DNA of 57,636 nt from an uncultured Bacilli bacterium (GCA_944332435.1 CALVJW010000005.1:1-57636), one strand, 5' to 3'. Shown: positions 19,485 to 32,332, numbered from the stretch's first letter. Numbers and translations are program-made. Notes: generated by a model from the letters alone, not told the origin.

Positions 19485-20321
19485 ATGGATAAGTTAAAAA
19501 GAGTAATAAAGCATTTATGGGATATCATTGGAAAAGAAGAAATGAGAATATTGCCAGGTAATCTGGCATTCTTTCTTGTTTTATCAGCTATTCCGATTAT
19601 CACATTATTGGGATTATTAGCATCCATGTTTTCAATATCTGTATCAACAGTGATTGAATTTATGACTGATACTTTTCCAAAAGAAGTAAGTGATTTATTA
19701 GTTCCATTTATTAGTGGGAATGGCTTCGATGTTAACATTTTGACATTTATGACAATTGGTTTCTTTTTAGCAAGCAATGGGCCACATTCCATTATTATTG
19801 CGAGTGACACTGTTTATGGAATTGAACCAGATGACTTACTCTCTAGAAGAATTAAATCCCTTTTTTTAACCATTCTCTTAGTCAATTTATTTATTTTTAT
19901 TTTAATCGTTTTAGCATTTGGAAATAATATTGTAGCAACCTTATTAAATATGAAAATATTACAATCTCTTAGTTCCGATTTATATCATATCTTTGTATTA
20001 TTAAAGTGGCCAGTAGCCTTCATTCTTATCTTTTTTACAATTAAACTATTATATACTGTTGCACCAGATAAGAAAATACCAAGTAAATATATGAATCGTG
20101 GAGCAATTTTTACAACATTAGGTTGGATGGTTATAACAGCAATTTATTCTTATTACGTAAGTCATTTCGCATCTTATGATATCTTTTATGGTGGATTATC
20201 CAATATTATTATCATGATGATGTGGATTTATATTTTATCCTATATTTTAGTAATAGGAATTGCTATCAATGCCAATACTTACCAAGCAATAATGGAGCAA
20301 ACAAAGCATAAAGAAAACTGA
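19485..20321 (+). CDS. YihY/BrkB family membrane protein
   Basis: LAFFLVLSAIP...YDIFYGGL...MMWIY. Six TM helices. Confidence 0.88.
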   Translation: MDKLKRVIKHLWDIIGKEEMRILPGNLAFFLVLSAIPIITLLGLLASMFSISVSTVIEFMTDTFPKEVSDLLVPFISGNGFDVNILTFMTIGFFLASNGPHSIIIASDTVYGIEPDDLLSRRIKSLFLTILLVNLFIFILIVLAFGNNIVATLLNMKILQSLSSDLYHIFVLLKWPVAFILIFFTIKLLYTVAPDKKIPSKYMNRGAIFTTLGWMVITAIYSYYVSHFASYDIFYGGLSNIIIMMMWIYILSYILVIGIAINANTYQAIMEQTKHKEN

Positions 20322-20438
20322 TTTGGGTATATTATGATTGAATACATACCAATTACCATATGTATTTACAATATAGACTACGCTAGTACCGAATTTAGTT
20401 TTACTGTGAACTAGTAAGTATTAATATTGAATTGGTAA

Positions 20439-20478
20439 TAAAAAAGAAAGGTAATAGTATCGTGTCTTTCTTTTTTTG
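20439..20478. terminator. Terminator
   Basis: aaaaaagaaagg...tctttcttttttt. Confidence 0.65.
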
Positions 20479-20580
20479 TTTGAAATAATTGACAAAGATA
20501 GTAGTATGTGTTATATTACGTATAGACACGCAGGTGTTTTTATTTTGGAAAAACACATATAGTTAAAAGTAGGTGATAGT

Positions 20581-20760
20581 ATGAAAAAAATTCGTACATT
20601 TATGATTGGTGTCAAAAAAGAAATGGGCAAAGTTAGATGGCCTAATAAAAAGGAATTAACTAAATATTCTATCGCAACGCTTTCTTGTATTTTATTTTTT
20701 GGATTGTTCTTTACAACCGCTGATATTATTTTAGCATTTGTAAATAGGATGGTTGGATAA
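20581..20760 (+). CDS. secE: Preprotein translocase SecE (absent from the ORF track)
   Basis: Manual translation MKKIRTFMIGVKKEMGKVRWPNKKEL...TM, 59 aa, immediately before nusG. Confidence 0.93.
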   Translation: MKKIRTFMIGVKKEMGKVRWPNKKELTKYSIATLSCILFFGLFFTTADIILAFVNRMVG

Positions 20761-20761
20761 A

Positions 20762-21295
20762 ATGCAAAAAGAATGGTATGTAGTAAATACTTATTCAGGA
20801 CATGAAAATAAAGTAAAAGAAAAATTAGAAATGCGTGCAAATTCGATGGGGATGGAAGATTACATTTTCCGAGTTGTCGTTCCTGAACAAAAAGAAATTG
20901 AAATGAAAGATGGGAAACAAGTTGAAAAAATTAAAAAGATGTTTCCTGGTTATATCTTAGTAGAAATGGTAATGAATGACGAAGCTTGGTTTGTTGTTCG
21001 TAATACACCAGGGGTTACTGGATTCATTGGTTCAAGTGGTAAGGGTGCAAAACCATTTCCATTAACACCAATGGAAGTAGACAAAATTTTAGGTTCTATG
21101 GGAATGAGTCGTCTACAAATTGGTAATGAACTAAAAGAAAATGATGCAGTAAAAGTAATTAATGGACCATTTTCTGGAATGTTTGGTACAGTAAAATCAT
21201 TTGATGTAGCAACTGGAACATTAGAAGTAGCTGTTGATTTATTCGGTCAAGAAACGATTGTCGAATTAAATTTATCAGAAATTGAGCGTGCATAG
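20762..21295 (+). CDS. nusG: Transcription factor NusG
   Basis: WYVVNTYSGHENKV, FPGYILVEM, VRNTPGVTGF and KOW motif. Confidence 0.97.
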   Translation: MQKEWYVVNTYSGHENKVKEKLEMRANSMGMEDYIFRVVVPEQKEIEMKDGKQVEKIKKMFPGYILVEMVMNDEAWFVVRNTPGVTGFIGSSGKGAKPFPLTPMEVDKILGSMGMSRLQIGNELKENDAVKVINGPFSGMFGTVKSFDVATGTLEVAVDLFGQETIVELNLSEIERA

Positions 21296-21360
21296 TTGAA
21301 AAATATAAGATTATGTGCTATTATGATAGGGCTATATAGTTATTTTATATAGATTTACAA

Positions 21361-21397
21361 GTGGGAGCAAATGTTTTAGCGGATGCATTAGGACCAC
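21361..21397 (+). promoter_or_regulatory. Putative L1-binding leader before rplK
   Basis: GTGGGAG...GACCAC stem. Confidence 0.55.
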
Positions 21398-21426
21398 TCG
21401 CGAAAAAAATATAGGAGGTGTTTTTC

Positions 21427-21852
21427 GTGGCAAAGAATGTAACAAGAATAGTTAAGTTGCAAATCCCAGCCGGTGCAGCTACACCAGCACCACCAGTTGG
21501 AACAGTATTAGGACCTGCAGGTATTAACTTACAAGAGTTCTGTACAAAATTTAATGATGCAACAAAAGATAAAAGAGGAGATATTTTACCAGTTGAAATT
21601 ACTGTTTATGAAGACAGAACATTTGACTTCGTAATTAAAACTCCACCAGCAGCATTCTTAATTAAGAAAGTAGCTGGAATTAAAAAAGGTGCTAGTAAAG
21701 GTTCTAAAGAACAAGTTGGAACTTTAACAAGAGCACAATTACGTGAAATTGCTGAAACAAAGTTACCTGATTTAAATGCATATACTGTAGAAGAAGCTAT
21801 GAAAATAGTAGAAGGTACTGCTTTAAATATGGGTGTTAAAATTGTTGACTAA
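21427..21852 (+). CDS. rplK: 50S ribosomal protein L11
   Basis: [16 protein letters not shown]. Confidence 0.98.
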   Translation: MAKNVTRIVKLQIPAGAATPAPPVGTVLGPAGINLQEFCTKFNDATKDKRGDILPVEITVYEDRTFDFVIKTPPAAFLIKKVAGIKKGASKGSKEQVGTLTRAQLREIAETKLPDLNAYTVEEAMKIVEGTALNMGVKIVD

Positions 21853-21887
21853 TTAGTTAGTTAACGACGCATATAGGGATAACCTAT

Positions 21888-21913
21888 GTGGGAGGATAAT
21901 CCGCATGAACCAC
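21888..21913 (+). promoter_or_regulatory. Putative L1-binding leader before rplA
   Basis: GTGGGAGG-ATAAT-CCGC...AACCAC. Confidence 0.6.
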
Positions 21914-21928
21914 AAGGAGGTAAAAAGA

Positions 21929-22624
21929 ATGAAGAAAAGTAAAAGATATTTAGAAGCTTCTAAGAAAGTTGAAAAAAATAAAGTTTATTCAAAAGAAGAA
22001 GCTGTTAAATTAGTAAAAGAAACATCAACTTCTAGCTTTGATGCATCAGTAGAATTAGTATTAAGATTAAACCTTGATACGAAAAAAGCTGATCAACAAT
22101 TAAGAGGTGCTACTGTTCTTCCTAATGGAACTGGAAAAGTAAAAAAAGTGTTAGTAATCGCAAAAGGAGATGCTGCAAAAGCTGCGAAAGCTGCTGGAGC
22201 TGATTATGTTGGAGACCAAGACATGTTAGATAAAATTGCTAATGAAAATTGGTTTGATTTCGATGTAATGATCGCTACTCCAGATATGATGCCTGCACTT
22301 GGTAAATTAGGTAGAGTATTAGGACCAAAAGGTTTAATGCCAAACCCTAAAACTGGAAGTGTAACAATGGATACAGCAAGAGCTGTTGAAGATGTCAAAA
22401 AAGGACGTGTTGAATACCGTGCTGATAGTTATGGAAACGTAGCTGTTATTATCGGTAAAGTATCTTTTGATGAATCTAAATTACTTGAAAATATGAATGC
22501 TTTTGTATCATTAATGTTAAAATCAAAACCAAGTACAGTAAAAGGTGCTTATGTTAAAAACATTAGTATTTCTAGTACAATGGGGCCTGGTATCAAAGTT
22601 AACATTAATGACTTTGACAAGTAA
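21929..22624 (+). CDS. rplA: 50S ribosomal protein L1
   Basis: [17 protein letters not shown] and STMGPG. Confidence 0.98.
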   Translation: MKKSKRYLEASKKVEKNKVYSKEEAVKLVKETSTSSFDASVELVLRLNLDTKKADQQLRGATVLPNGTGKVKKVLVIAKGDAAKAAKAAGADYVGDQDMLDKIANENWFDFDVMIATPDMMPALGKLGRVLGPKGLMPNPKTGSVTMDTARAVEDVKKGRVEYRADSYGNVAVIIGKVSFDESKLLENMNAFVSLMLKSKPSTVKGAYVKNISISSTMGPGIKVNINDFDK

Positions 22625-22668
22625 TTTTGATTGTGCTATAATAAAACATGTGTGAAGAAAATATATAG

Positions 22669-22772
22669 TACCGTAGACAGTAGGTGTTACTTGTAACTTA
22701 ATTTCCTACCGAGGACTTAATTTATTAAGTTAGAAAAAAGTCTCTACGGGTATAACCATGGAGACTTTTTAT
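22669..22772 (+). ncRNA. L10 leader (ribosomal protein attenuator)
   Basis: ccgtagacagtaggt...cctaccgagg followed by terminator aagtctc...ggagacttttt, upstream of rplJ. Confidence 0.85.
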
Positions 22773-22803
22773 TACGTACTATGACATGAAAGAGAGGTGT
22801 AGT

Positions 22804-23307
22804 ATGGCAAATCAAAAAATTATTGAAGCAAAACAAAATATTGTAAATGAAATTGCAAACAATGTAAAAGAATCAGCAACTTTTGTATTATTTGAATATC
22901 AAGGATTAACTGTTTCTGATATGACAACATTAAGAAGAAAGTTAAAAGAAACTGGTTCAGATTTAAAAATCTACAAAAACACATTAACAAAACGTGCGCT
23001 TGATTCATTAAATATTGATATGGATAGTGAATTAGTAGGACCTAAAGCAATGGCTTTTGGAACTGACGCAATCGCACCAATTAAAGTATTAAGCGATTTT
23101 GCAAAAGAACATGAAGCATTACAAATGAAAATTGGTATGGTAGATGGAGAAATCGCTGATATCGAAACATTAAACAAATACGCATCTATTCCATCAAGAG
23201 AAGGATTACTTACAATGCTTGCTGGTGGACTTATGCAAACTGTTAAGGACTTTGCAATTTGCTTAGACTTACATGGACAAAATTTAGAAGAAAATAATAA
23301 TAATTAA
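22804..23307 (+). CDS. rplJ: 50S ribosomal protein L10
   Basis: YQGLTV, KNTLTKRA and IPSREGLL. Confidence 0.97.
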   Translation: MANQKIIEAKQNIVNEIANNVKESATFVLFEYQGLTVSDMTTLRRKLKETGSDLKIYKNTLTKRALDSLNIDMDSELVGPKAMAFGTDAIAPIKVLSDFAKEHEALQMKIGMVDGEIADIETLNKYASIPSREGLLTMLAGGLMQTVKDFAICLDLHGQNLEENNNN

Positions 23308-23329
23308 TTAAATATAAGGAGGAAATAAA

Positions 23330-23698
23330 ATGGCAAAATTAACTAGTGAAGAAATTTTAAATGCAATTGAAGAAATGACTATTCTTGAAGTAAAAGAATT
23401 AGTTGACGGAATGAAAGAAAGATTTGGAGTAGATCCAAGTGCTGTAGCAGTAGCTGCACCAGTAGCAGGAGCTGCTGTTGAAGAAGGACCAAGCTCTCAA
23501 GATGTAGTATTAGCAAGTGCTGGTGCTAACAAATTAGCTGTTATCAAATTAATTAAAGAAGTAACAGGATTAGGATTAAAAGAAGCGAAAGAAATTGCAG
23601 ACAACGGTGGAGTTGTTAAAGAAAAAGCTAGTAGTGATGAAGCTAACGAATTAAAAGCTAAATTCGAAGAAGCTGGAGCTACAATTGAATTAAAATAA
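23330..23698 (+). CDS. rplL: 50S ribosomal protein L7/L12
   Basis: KLAVIK...TGLGLKEAK...EEAGATIELK. Confidence 0.98.
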   Translation: MAKLTSEEILNAIEEMTILEVKELVDGMKERFGVDPSAVAVAAPVAGAAVEEGPSSQDVVLASAGANKLAVIKLIKEVTGLGLKEAKEIADNGGVVKEKASSDEANELKAKFEEAGATIELK

Positions 23699-23784
23699 TT
23701 TTGAAATAAGGGTTAGCCTATACTAAGAAATTTAGTATGGGCTTTCACCGTTTCTAAAAGAGGTATATAGACGGGAGATAAAAA

Positions 23785-24372
23785 GTGGCGCATTATTTTG
23801 AAAATGACAATCATTTAAAAAGCGAAATTAAATTGACAAAGATTTCAATTCGAAATGTGGAATATACCTTTTATACAGATCATGGCGTCTTTGCCAAAAA
23901 AGGATTAGATTATGGAACTCATGTGTTACTAGATACCGTATTACAGGAACCATTACAAGGAGATATTCTGGATTTGGGATGTGGATATGGACCAATTGGA
24001 ATTAGTGTGAAAAAAGAATTTCCTAGTGTTCATGTTGATATGATTGATGTGAATCATCGCAGTTTAAAATTAGCAAGTATGAATGCAAAAGCGAATAACG
24101 TTGAAACTTCAATTTTTGAAAGTAACGGATATCAAAATGTTACCAAAAAATATGATTACATCATCAGTAATCCACCAATTCGTGTGGGAAAAGAAATCTT
24201 ATATCAATTACTATTTGGTGCTTATGATGCTTTAAAAGAACATGGTGAATTGTGGATTGTTATTCATAAAGATCAAGGTGCAAAAACAACGAGTAAAAAA
24301 CTAGCGGAAAAATATGATGTAGAAATCAAAAAAAAGGATAAGGGATTTTTTGTAATTTGTGCTAGGAAATAA
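23785..24372 (+). CDS. RsmC/YbxB-like class I SAM methyltransferase
   Basis: LDLGCGYGPIG and NPPIRVG. Conserved position between rplL and rpoB. Confidence 0.9.
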   Translation: MAHYFENDNHLKSEIKLTKISIRNVEYTFYTDHGVFAKKGLDYGTHVLLDTVLQEPLQGDILDLGCGYGPIGISVKKEFPSVHVDMIDVNHRSLKLASMNAKANNVETSIFESNGYQNVTKKYDYIISNPPIRVGKEILYQLLFGAYDALKEHGELWIVIHKDQGAKTTSKKLAEKYDVEIKKKDKGFFVICARK

Positions 24373-24473
24373 TTGACTTGTTGAACTTGTTATGCTAAAA
24401 TTATAAATTGACGACATATACTTTTTTTAAGAATATGTTTTTACTGTTTTATTATAGTTATAGGGGTGAATAA

Positions 24474-27400
24474 ATGGCTTATACAGTTATAAAATCTGGG
24501 GATCACCGAGAAAGACGCAGTTATGCGAAAACAAAAAATGCAATTGAATTAGGGAATTTACTCGAAATTCAAAAGAAAAGCTATGATTGGTTTATTAATG
24601 AAGGAATCAAGGAAGTTCTTGATGAAATTTTTCCTGTGGAAAGTTTTACTGGAAAATTAAAACTGGAATTTGGAGATTATTCTTTTGATGAACCAAGATA
24701 TACAATTAAAGGATGCAAAGAAAAACAAGCAACTTATGCAGCGCCTTTAAAAGTAGAAGCAAGATTATTTAATGAAGAGACTGGAGAAGTAAAAGAACAA
24801 GAAATTTACTTAGGGGACATGCCTATCATGACGGATGCTGGTACCTTCATTATTAATGGTGCTGAACGTGTTATTGTATCACAATTAGTTCGTTCACCAT
24901 CTGTTTATTTTGGCCGTGAAACAGATAAAAATGAAAGAACAGTTGTAACAACACAAATGATTCCAAACCACGGTACTTGGTTGGAATTCGAAACAGATGC
25001 AAGAGATGTTATCTATGTACGTATTGATCGTACAAGAAAAGTACCAATTACAACATTACTTCGTGCATTAGGACTTTCTAATGATGAAGATATTATGGAT
25101 TTATTTGGAAAAGACGACTATCTAGAACGTACGATTGCCAAAGATACGAATAAGAATACCGATGAATCATTAATTGATATTCATTCTAAGTTAAGACCAG
25201 GAGAACCATCAACATTAGATAGTGCGAAAAATCAACTGATTTCTCGTTTCTTTGATGCGTTCCGTTATGATTTAGCTCGTGTAGGACGTTACAAATTTAA
25301 TCGTAAATTAGGTGTTTGTGAACGTTTACTTGGATGCAAATTAGCAACTGATATTAAAGTAGATGGAAACGTAGTTGTAGCCAAAGATACAGTAGTAACA
25401 AAACAAGTATTAGAAACACTTCGTCCAATTATGAAAAATGGATATGGAGTAAAAGAAGCTTTGATTAACACGGAACTCGATACATATGGACGTGTTCAAG
25501 TAGTAGAAGTTTACTCTAAAAACAATCCAGAAAAAATTGTAAAAGTAATTGGAAATGATCAAACAATTGATAGTAAACGTTTAACGATTTCTGACGTTTA
25601 TGCAGCTGTTTCTTATTACTTAAACTTATTAGAAGGAATTGGTAATTTTGATGAAATCGATCATTTATCAAATCGTCGTGTTCGTCAAGTAGGAGAATTA
25701 TTACAAAATCAATTCCGTATTGGTATTACTCGTATTGAACGTGTAATTCGTGATAGAATGTCAACACAAGAAATTACGGAAGTAACACCAAAAACATTAA
25801 TTAATATTAGACCACTTACAGCTAGTATTAAAGAATTCTTTGGAAGCAGTCAATTATCACAATTCATGGATCAAACAAACCCAATTGCCGAACTTACGAA
25901 TAAACGTCGTTTATCTAGTTTAGGACCAGGTGGTTTATCAAGAGATCGTGCAGGAATGGAAGTGCGTGACGTTAACCCATCACACTATGGAAGACTTTGT
26001 CCAATTGAATCTCCTGAAGGACCAAACATTGGACTTATTACATCACTTTCAAGTTATGCAAAAGTAGATGAATATGGATTTATTATGACTCCATATCGTA
26101 AAGTAAACGATACTGTATTAACAGATGATATCGTTTATATGACAGCAGATGAAGAATTAGATTATAATATTTGCCAAGCAACTGTTAAAGTAGAAGACAA
26201 TAAAATCGTACAAGAACGAGTACCTGCTCGTTATCGTGGCGACAACGTGATGATTTCACCAAAAGAAGTAGATTATATGGACGTATCACCACAACAAGTT
26301 GTATCAATTACAACAAGTGCAATTCCATTCTTAGAGCATGACGATGGAAAACGTGCCCTAATGGGTTCTAACATGCAACGTCAAGCAATTCCACTTCTAA
26401 AAGTAGAAGCCCCAAGAGTAGGAACAGGGGTAGAAGCCATTGCTGCTAGAGACTCTGGAGCGGTTATTTTAGCAAAAGCAGATGGTATTGTAGATTATGT
26501 AGATGCTCGTAAGATTGTTATTAAAACAAAAGGTGGAGTAGATACTTATTACTTAAATGGATTTGAACGTTCAAATGCTGGAACTTGTTATCATCAAGTA
26601 CCAATTGTAAGATGTGGACAAACTGTTACAAAAGGAATGAGTATTGCTGATGGACCATCTACAGATAAAGGTGAATTAGCACTTGGTAAAAACGTTACCG
26701 TAGCATTCATGAACTTTAATGGATATAACTACGAAGATGCGGTTATTCTAAATGAAAGATTAGTAAAAGATGATGTTTATACATCAATTCATATTGAACT
26801 TTATTCAACAGAATGTCGTGATACGAAACTAGGACCTGAAGAGTTTACACGTGATATTCCAAATGTTAGTGAAGAAGCACGTAAAAACTTAGATGAAAAT
26901 GGTATTATTCGTATTGGAACAGAAGTAAAAGATGATGATATCTTAGTAGGTAAAGTAACACCAAAAGGTATGGCTGAACTTACAAGTGAAGAAAAATTAC
27001 TACATGCTATTTTCGGAGAAAAAACACGTGAAGTAAGAGATACCTCACTTCGTGTACCACATGGAGCAGGTGGAATTGTTCATGATATTAAAATCTTTAC
27101 GAAAGAAAATTCTGATGAACTTCCAGCCGGTGTATCAAAAATTGTTCGTGTATACATTGCTCAAAAACGTAAAATTAGCGTTGGAGATAAAATGGCTGGA
27201 CGACATGGTAACAAAGGTGTTATTTCCTTAATTTTACCAGAAGAGGATATGCCATACTTACCAGATGGAAGACCAGTGGATATCTTACTTAACCCACTTG
27301 GAGTACCTTCTCGTATGAACTTAGGACAAATTCTAGAAATGCACTTAGGATATGCTGCACAAACTTTAGATATTCATGTAGCAACACCAGTATTCGATGG

Positions 27401-28085
27401 AGCAAATAAAGAAGAAATTATTGATGCTTTAGAAGAAGCAGGACTTGCTCGTGATGGAAAAGAATGGTTACATGATGGACGTACGGGAGAATTATTTGAT
27501 AACCGTGTTAGTGTTGGTGTTATGTATATGATTAAGCTTGACCACATGGTTGACGATAAACTTCATGCACGTAGTACAGGTCCATACTCACTTGTTACAC
27601 AACAACCTCTTGGAGGAAAAGCACAAATGGGTGGACAACGTTTTGGAGAAATGGAAGTTTGGGCTCTATATGCTTATGGAGCAGCGCATGTACTTCAAGA
27701 AATGATTACGATTAAATCAGATGACGTTGTAGGACGTGTTAAAGTATACGAAGCATTAGTAAAAGGAACACCAATTCCAAAATCAGGAATACCAGAAAGT
27801 TTCCGTGTATTAATTAAAGAATTCCAAGCATTAGGACTTGATATTACAGTACTAAATGAAGAAGGTAAATTCTTAGATTTAAAAGATTTAGAAAAAGAAG
27901 ATGGAGATACTTATTTAACAACGGAAGAAGTAGAAAAAGAAGTTGTTGAAGTAGAACCAAGTGAAGAATTAGAAACACCAGAAATTGAACCAGAAGATGA
28001 AGAAAACTTTGATTTAGAAGAAGAACCATCAATGGAAGAAATGGAAGAAATTGAAAAAGATATGATGGAAGGAGATGCTATGTAA
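24474..28085 (+). CDS. rpoB: RNA polymerase beta subunit
   Basis: [21 protein letters not shown] and GGQRFGEME. Confidence 0.99.
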   Translation: MAYTVIKSGDHRERRSYAKTKNAIELGNLLEIQKKSYDWFINEGIKEVLDEIFPVESFTGKLKLEFGDYSFDEPRYTIKGCKEKQATYAAPLKVEARLFNEETGEVKEQEIYLGDMPIMTDAGTFIINGAERVIVSQLVRSPSVYFGRETDKNERTVVTTQMIPNHGTWLEFETDARDVIYVRIDRTRKVPITTLLRALGLSNDEDIMDLFGKDDYLERTIAKDTNKNTDESLIDIHSKLRPGEPSTLDSAKNQLISRFFDAFRYDLARVGRYKFNRKLGVCERLLGCKLATDIKVDGNVVVAKDTVVTKQVLETLRPIMKNGYGVKEALINTELDTYGRVQVVEVYSKNNPEKIVKVIGNDQTIDSKRLTISDVYAAVSYYLNLLEGIGNFDEIDHLSNRRVRQVGELLQNQFRIGITRIERVIRDRMSTQEITEVTPKTLINIRPLTASIKEFFGSSQLSQFMDQTNPIAELTNKRRLSSLGPGGLSRDRAGMEVRDVNPSHYGRLCPIESPEGPNIGLITSLSSYAKVDEYGFIMTPYRKVNDTVLTDDIVYMTADEELDYNICQATVKVEDNKIVQERVPARYRGDNVMISPKEVDYMDVSPQQVVSITTSAIPFLEHDDGKRALMGSNMQRQAIPLLKVEAPRVGTGVEAIAARDSGAVILAKADGIVDYVDARKIVIKTKGGVDTYYLNGFERSNAGTCYHQVPIVRCGQTVTKGMSIADGPSTDKGELALGKNVTVAFMNFNGYNYEDAVILNERLVKDDVYTSIHIELYSTECRDTKLGPEEFTRDIPNVSEEARKNLDENGIIRIGTEVKDDDILVGKVTPKGMAELTSEEKLLHAIFGEKTREVRDTSLRVPHGAGGIVHDIKIFTKENSDELPAGVSKIVRVYIAQKRKISVGDKMAGRHGNKGVISLILPEEDMPYLPDGRPVDILLNPLGVPSRMNLGQILEMHLGYAAQTLDIHVATPVFDGANKEEIIDALEEAGLARDGKEWLHDGRTGELFDNRVSVGVMYMIKLDHMVDDKLHARSTGPYSLVTQQPLGGKAQMGGQRFGEMEVWALYAYGAAHVLQEMITIKSDDVVGRVKVYEALVKGTPIPKSGIPESFRVLIKEFQALGLDITVLNEEGKFLDLKDLEKEDGDTYLTTEEVEKEVVEVEPSEELETPEIEPEDEENFDLEEEPSMEEMEEIEKDMMEGDAM

Positions 28086-31000
28086 TGGATGTAAATCAAT
28101 TTGAAGGAATTAGAATTAGTATCGCCTCTCCAGAAACAATTCGTAAATGGTCTTATGGAGAAGTAAAAAAAGCAGAAACTATTAACTATCGTACGTTAAA
28201 ACCAGAACGTGATGGATTATTCTGTGAAAAAATCTTTGGACCTACCAAAGACTATGAATGTTCTTGTGGAAAGTATAAAAGATTAAGATATAAAAATATT
28301 ATTTGTGATCGTTGTGGAGTAGAAGTTACTAGTTCTAAAGTACGTCGTGAACGTATGGGACACATTGAACTTGCTACTCCAGTAAGTCACATTTGGTTCT
28401 TTAAAGGAGTACCAAGTCGTATGGGACTTGTTCTTGATATGAGTCCTCGTGACTTAGAGGAAGTATTATACTTCGTATCTTATGTTGTACTTGACCCAGG
28501 ACCTGCACCATTAGAAAAGAAACAAACTATTAGTGATAAAGAATACCGTGCTTATTATGAAAAATATGGGAATACATTCCGTGTAGGTATGGGTGCAGAA
28601 GCAATTAAAGAATTACTTGAACAAGTAAACTTAGAAGAAGAAGTTGCTGCGATTAGAAAAGAAATTGATGAGATTAAAGATTCAACGAGTCAAAGAAGAG
28701 TACGTTTAATTAAGCGTTTAGATGTCTTATCTGCTTTACTTGAATCTGGAAATCGCCCAGAATGGATGATTTTGACAGCACTTCCAGTTATTCCACCAGA
28801 ACTTAGACCAATGATTCAACTTGATGGTGGAAGATTTGCAACAAGTGATTTAAATGACTTATATAGACGTGTTATTAACCGTAATAATCGTCTTAAAAAA
28901 TTAATGGAATTAGGAGCACCTAGTATCATCATTCAAAATGAAAAACGTATGCTTCAAGAAGCAGTAGATGCGTTATTTGATAATGGACGTCGTGGTAGAA
29001 ATATTACCGGTGCAGGAAATAGACCACTGAAATCTTTAAGTAGTATGTTAAAAGGAAAACAAGGTCGTTTCCGTCAAAACTTACTAGGAAAACGTGTTGA
29101 CTATTCTGGTCGTTCTGTTATCGTAGTAGGACCTAACTTGAAGATGTATGAATGTGGAGTACCAAAAGAAATGGCACTTGAATTATTCAAACCACATGTT
29201 ATTAATGGATTAGTTAGTAAAGAAATAGCAAGCAATATTAAAGCTGCAAAACGTATGATTGAAAACCAAGATCCACGTGTATGGGACGTTGTAGAAGAAA
29301 AGATTAAAGAACATCCAGTACTTTTAAACCGTGCCCCTACATTACATAGACTTGGAATTCAAGCATTCGAACCAAAATTAATTGAAGGTCGTTCTATTAG
29401 ACTTCACCCACTTGTGTGTGCAGCATTCAATGCTGACTTCGATGGAGACCAAATGGCAATTCACGTGCCAATTACAGAAGAAGCACAAGCAGAAGCAAGA
29501 CTTCTTATGTTAGGAGCAAATAACATTCTTTCACCAAAAGATGGAAAACCAATCGTTGCTCCAGGACAAGATATGATTCTTGGTAACTACTATATTACAA
29601 TGGAAAAAGCGGGGCTTCCAGGAGAAGGAAGAGTATTTAAAGATGAAAATGAAGCAAGAATGGCTTATGAACGTCGTGAAATTACTCTTCATACGAGAAT
29701 TGCACTTCCTGTTCGCTCATTTAAACATAAAGTATTCCCAGATACTTATATGGATAAATACTTAGTAACAACAGTAGGAAAATTAATTTTCAATGAAATT
29801 TTTCCAGATAGTTTCCAATATATTAACGATGGAAGCACAGAAAATATTGAAAAAATTACACCAAGTAAATATTTCCTAGATAAAGGAACCAATATCAAAG
29901 AAGCAATTGCTAATATGCCAATTGTAGAACCATTATTAAAAGGTGCTTATGTAAAATTAATTGCTCAAGTATATAAACGTTATCAAACAACAGAAACATC
30001 TATTATGCTTGATAAATTAAAAGATTTAGGATTTAAACATTCTACATTAGCTGGTATTTCAATTGGAATCGGCGATATTATTGAATCTAAGAAAAAACCA
30101 GAAATATTAAAAGCAGCTAGTGAAAAAGAAACTACAATTAATAAACAATATAAACGTGGATTAATTACAGATCGTGAACGTTATGAAAAAGTAGTAGATG
30201 TATGGAGTAATGCGAAAAAGGATATTGAAAGTGAATTAAAAACAATTATTCAAGATAATCCAGATAATCCAATTTCTATTATGATTGCATCTGGTGCTCG
30301 TGGTAATATGAGTAACTATAACCAAATGGCTGGTATGCGTGGACTTATGTTAAAACCTAGTGGGGATGTTGTAGAAATTCCAATTACATCATCATTTACG
30401 GAAGGTGCAAGCGTAAGTGAATTCTTCTTAGCAACACACGGTGCTCGTAAAGGAGCCGTTGATACCGCTTTAAAAACTGCTGAAGCAGGATACTTAACAA
30501 GACGTTTAGTAGACGTTGTACAAGATGTTATTGTAAAAGAAGAAGATTGTGGAACTGAAAATGGTGTACTAGTAGAAGCGTTTGTAAATGAACAAGATGG
30601 TACAGTAGTAGAATCACTTAAAGATCGTATTACTGGTCGTTATACAAATAAACGTATTTTACATCCAGAAACAAAAGAAGTAATTGCAGAACGTAATACT
30701 TATATTACAGAACAACTTGCTGATAAGATTATTGCTGCTGGAATTACAAAAGTGCCAATCAGAACAGTTCTTACTTGTAAAACAGAAAATGGTGTATGTA
30801 AACACTGTTATGGACGTAACCTTGCAACTGGACAGGTTGTTGAAATTGGAGAAGCCGTTGGTATTATGGCAGCTCAATCAATTGGAGAACCAGGTACTCA
30901 GCTTACAATGCGTAACTTCAACAGTGGAGGAGTTGCTGGTGGAGACGATATTACACAAGGGTTACCTCGTGTACAAGAAGTTTTCGAAGCACGTAATCCA

Positions 31001-31723
31001 AAAGGAAAAGCAACAATTTCGGAAATTAACGGAGTTGTTACGAAAATTGAAGATGAAAACGGTAAATTTGTTATTAGTGTTAAAAATGATGTTGAAACAA
31101 AAGAACATACTTCTAACTACGGAGCAAAACTTGCAGTAGAAAAAGGAGAAGAAGTCCGTGCTGGACAACGATTAACACATGGTGCAATTAATCCAAAAGA
31201 ATTACTTGTAGTAACAGATCCAATTACCGTACAACAATATATCTTACTTGAAATTCAAAAAGTATACCGTAGCCAAGGAGTAGATATCGACGATAAACAC
31301 GTTGAAATTATGGCACGTCGTATGATTTCAAAAATTAAGATTATTAATTCTGGTGATTCATTATTCTTACCAGGAACAATGGTAAATATCAATGAATTTA
31401 CAGAAGCAAATAAAACATTAATTCTTGAAGGTAAAAATCCAGCAACTGGTAGACCAGTATTGTTAGGTATTACAAAAGCTTCATTAGAAACAGATTCATT
31501 CTTATCTGCAGCATCATTCCAAGAAACAACACGTATCTTAACAGATGCAGCAATTCATGGAAAAGTGGATCATTTAACAGGATTAAAAGAAAATGTTATT
31601 ATTGGAAAATTAATTCCTGCTGGTACAGGAGCAAAAAAATATCGTCAAGCAGATTATACACTTGAAAATGATATTTTAAGCGAAGAACCTCTTGAAGCGT
31701 TAGAACAAGAATTAATGGATTAA
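28085..31723 (+). CDS. rpoC: RNA polymerase beta' subunit
   Basis: NADFDGDQM and Zn-binding Cys motifs. TAATG overlap with rpoB. Confidence 0.99.
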   Translation: MDVNQFEGIRISIASPETIRKWSYGEVKKAETINYRTLKPERDGLFCEKIFGPTKDYECSCGKYKRLRYKNIICDRCGVEVTSSKVRRERMGHIELATPVSHIWFFKGVPSRMGLVLDMSPRDLEEVLYFVSYVVLDPGPAPLEKKQTISDKEYRAYYEKYGNTFRVGMGAEAIKELLEQVNLEEEVAAIRKEIDEIKDSTSQRRVRLIKRLDVLSALLESGNRPEWMILTALPVIPPELRPMIQLDGGRFATSDLNDLYRRVINRNNRLKKLMELGAPSIIIQNEKRMLQEAVDALFDNGRRGRNITGAGNRPLKSLSSMLKGKQGRFRQNLLGKRVDYSGRSVIVVGPNLKMYECGVPKEMALELFKPHVINGLVSKEIASNIKAAKRMIENQDPRVWDVVEEKIKEHPVLLNRAPTLHRLGIQAFEPKLIEGRSIRLHPLVCAAFNADFDGDQMAIHVPITEEAQAEARLLMLGANNILSPKDGKPIVAPGQDMILGNYYITMEKAGLPGEGRVFKDENEARMAYERREITLHTRIALPVRSFKHKVFPDTYMDKYLVTTVGKLIFNEIFPDSFQYINDGSTENIEKITPSKYFLDKGTNIKEAIANMPIVEPLLKGAYVKLIAQVYKRYQTTETSIMLDKLKDLGFKHSTLAGISIGIGDIIESKKKPEILKAASEKETTINKQYKRGLITDRERYEKVVDVWSNAKKDIESELKTIIQDNPDNPISIMIASGARGNMSNYNQMAGMRGLMLKPSGDVVEIPITSSFTEGASVSEFFLATHGARKGAVDTALKTAEAGYLTRRLVDVVQDVIVKEEDCGTENGVLVEAFVNEQDGTVVESLKDRITGRYTNKRILHPETKEVIAERNTYITEQLADKIIAAGITKVPIRTVLTCKTENGVCKHCYGRNLATGQVVEIGEAVGIMAAQSIGEPGTQLTMRNFNSGGVAGGDDITQGLPRVQEVFEARNPKGKATISEINGVVTKIEDENGKFVISVKNDVETKEHTSNYGAKLAVEKGEEVRAGQRLTHGAINPKELLVVTDPITVQQYILLEIQKVYRSQGVDIDDKHVEIMARRMISKIKIINSGDSLFLPGTMVNINEFTEANKTLILEGKNPATGRPVLLGITKASLETDSFLSAASFQETTRILTDAAIHGKVDHLTGLKENVIIGKLIPAGTGAKKYRQADYTLENDILSEEPLEALEQELMD

Positions 31724-31754
31724 GAAGTAGAGTAGACAATCTACTTCTTTTTTT
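31722..31754 (+). terminator. Terminator after rpoC
   Basis: aagaagtaga...tctacttcttttttt. Confidence 0.8.
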
Positions 31755-32271
31755 GTTATAATGACAATCGCAATAAAAATGTGAATGGATTGTGTAATAT
31801 GGAATATCAAGATTGACTAGAAATTAATGTATATGATGCAATGAGTTATATAATACGTATTATAGTCTACTTTAATCAAGATGAATATGTGTTGAAGGAA
31901 TTTTTCAATGGCCGAAAGAGAGAGAGGAAAGTTTTTGTATTCATTATAAAATCTTTAAAAGAAAAGAACCAGATTGCCCCTTGATACTAGTAACAGTAAG
32001 ATGAAAAAGGTTATCATATGGTTATAGTTTAGAAACAATTTCTAAAAACAATGAAATTACATATGATAGTTTGATTGCGATGCTTAGTGAAAAATGTTAT
32101 CAATATCCTTGGATTTATAAGTTTTGTGAATTGCTCGAAGGATATGATGATTTAAGGACAGAAAGACTTAGTAATATGATTGGAATAAAATTTTTAATAT
32201 TATAATTGGAGGAAAAAGTCTATCATTAAAGATGGAATTTGCCGATTGTTAAAAATGTACGTTACTTTTAC

Positions 32272-32320
32272 TTGACAAATAGATTAAAAGATTTTATAAT
32301 AGTCCGTGTATTTAGAACAC
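32272..32320 (+). promoter_or_regulatory. sigma-A promoter with NrtR-type operator
   Basis: TTGACA-17-TATAAT, then GTGT-N7-ACAC at 32306-32320. Confidence 0.7.
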
Positions 32321-32332
32321 AAAGGAGATAAT

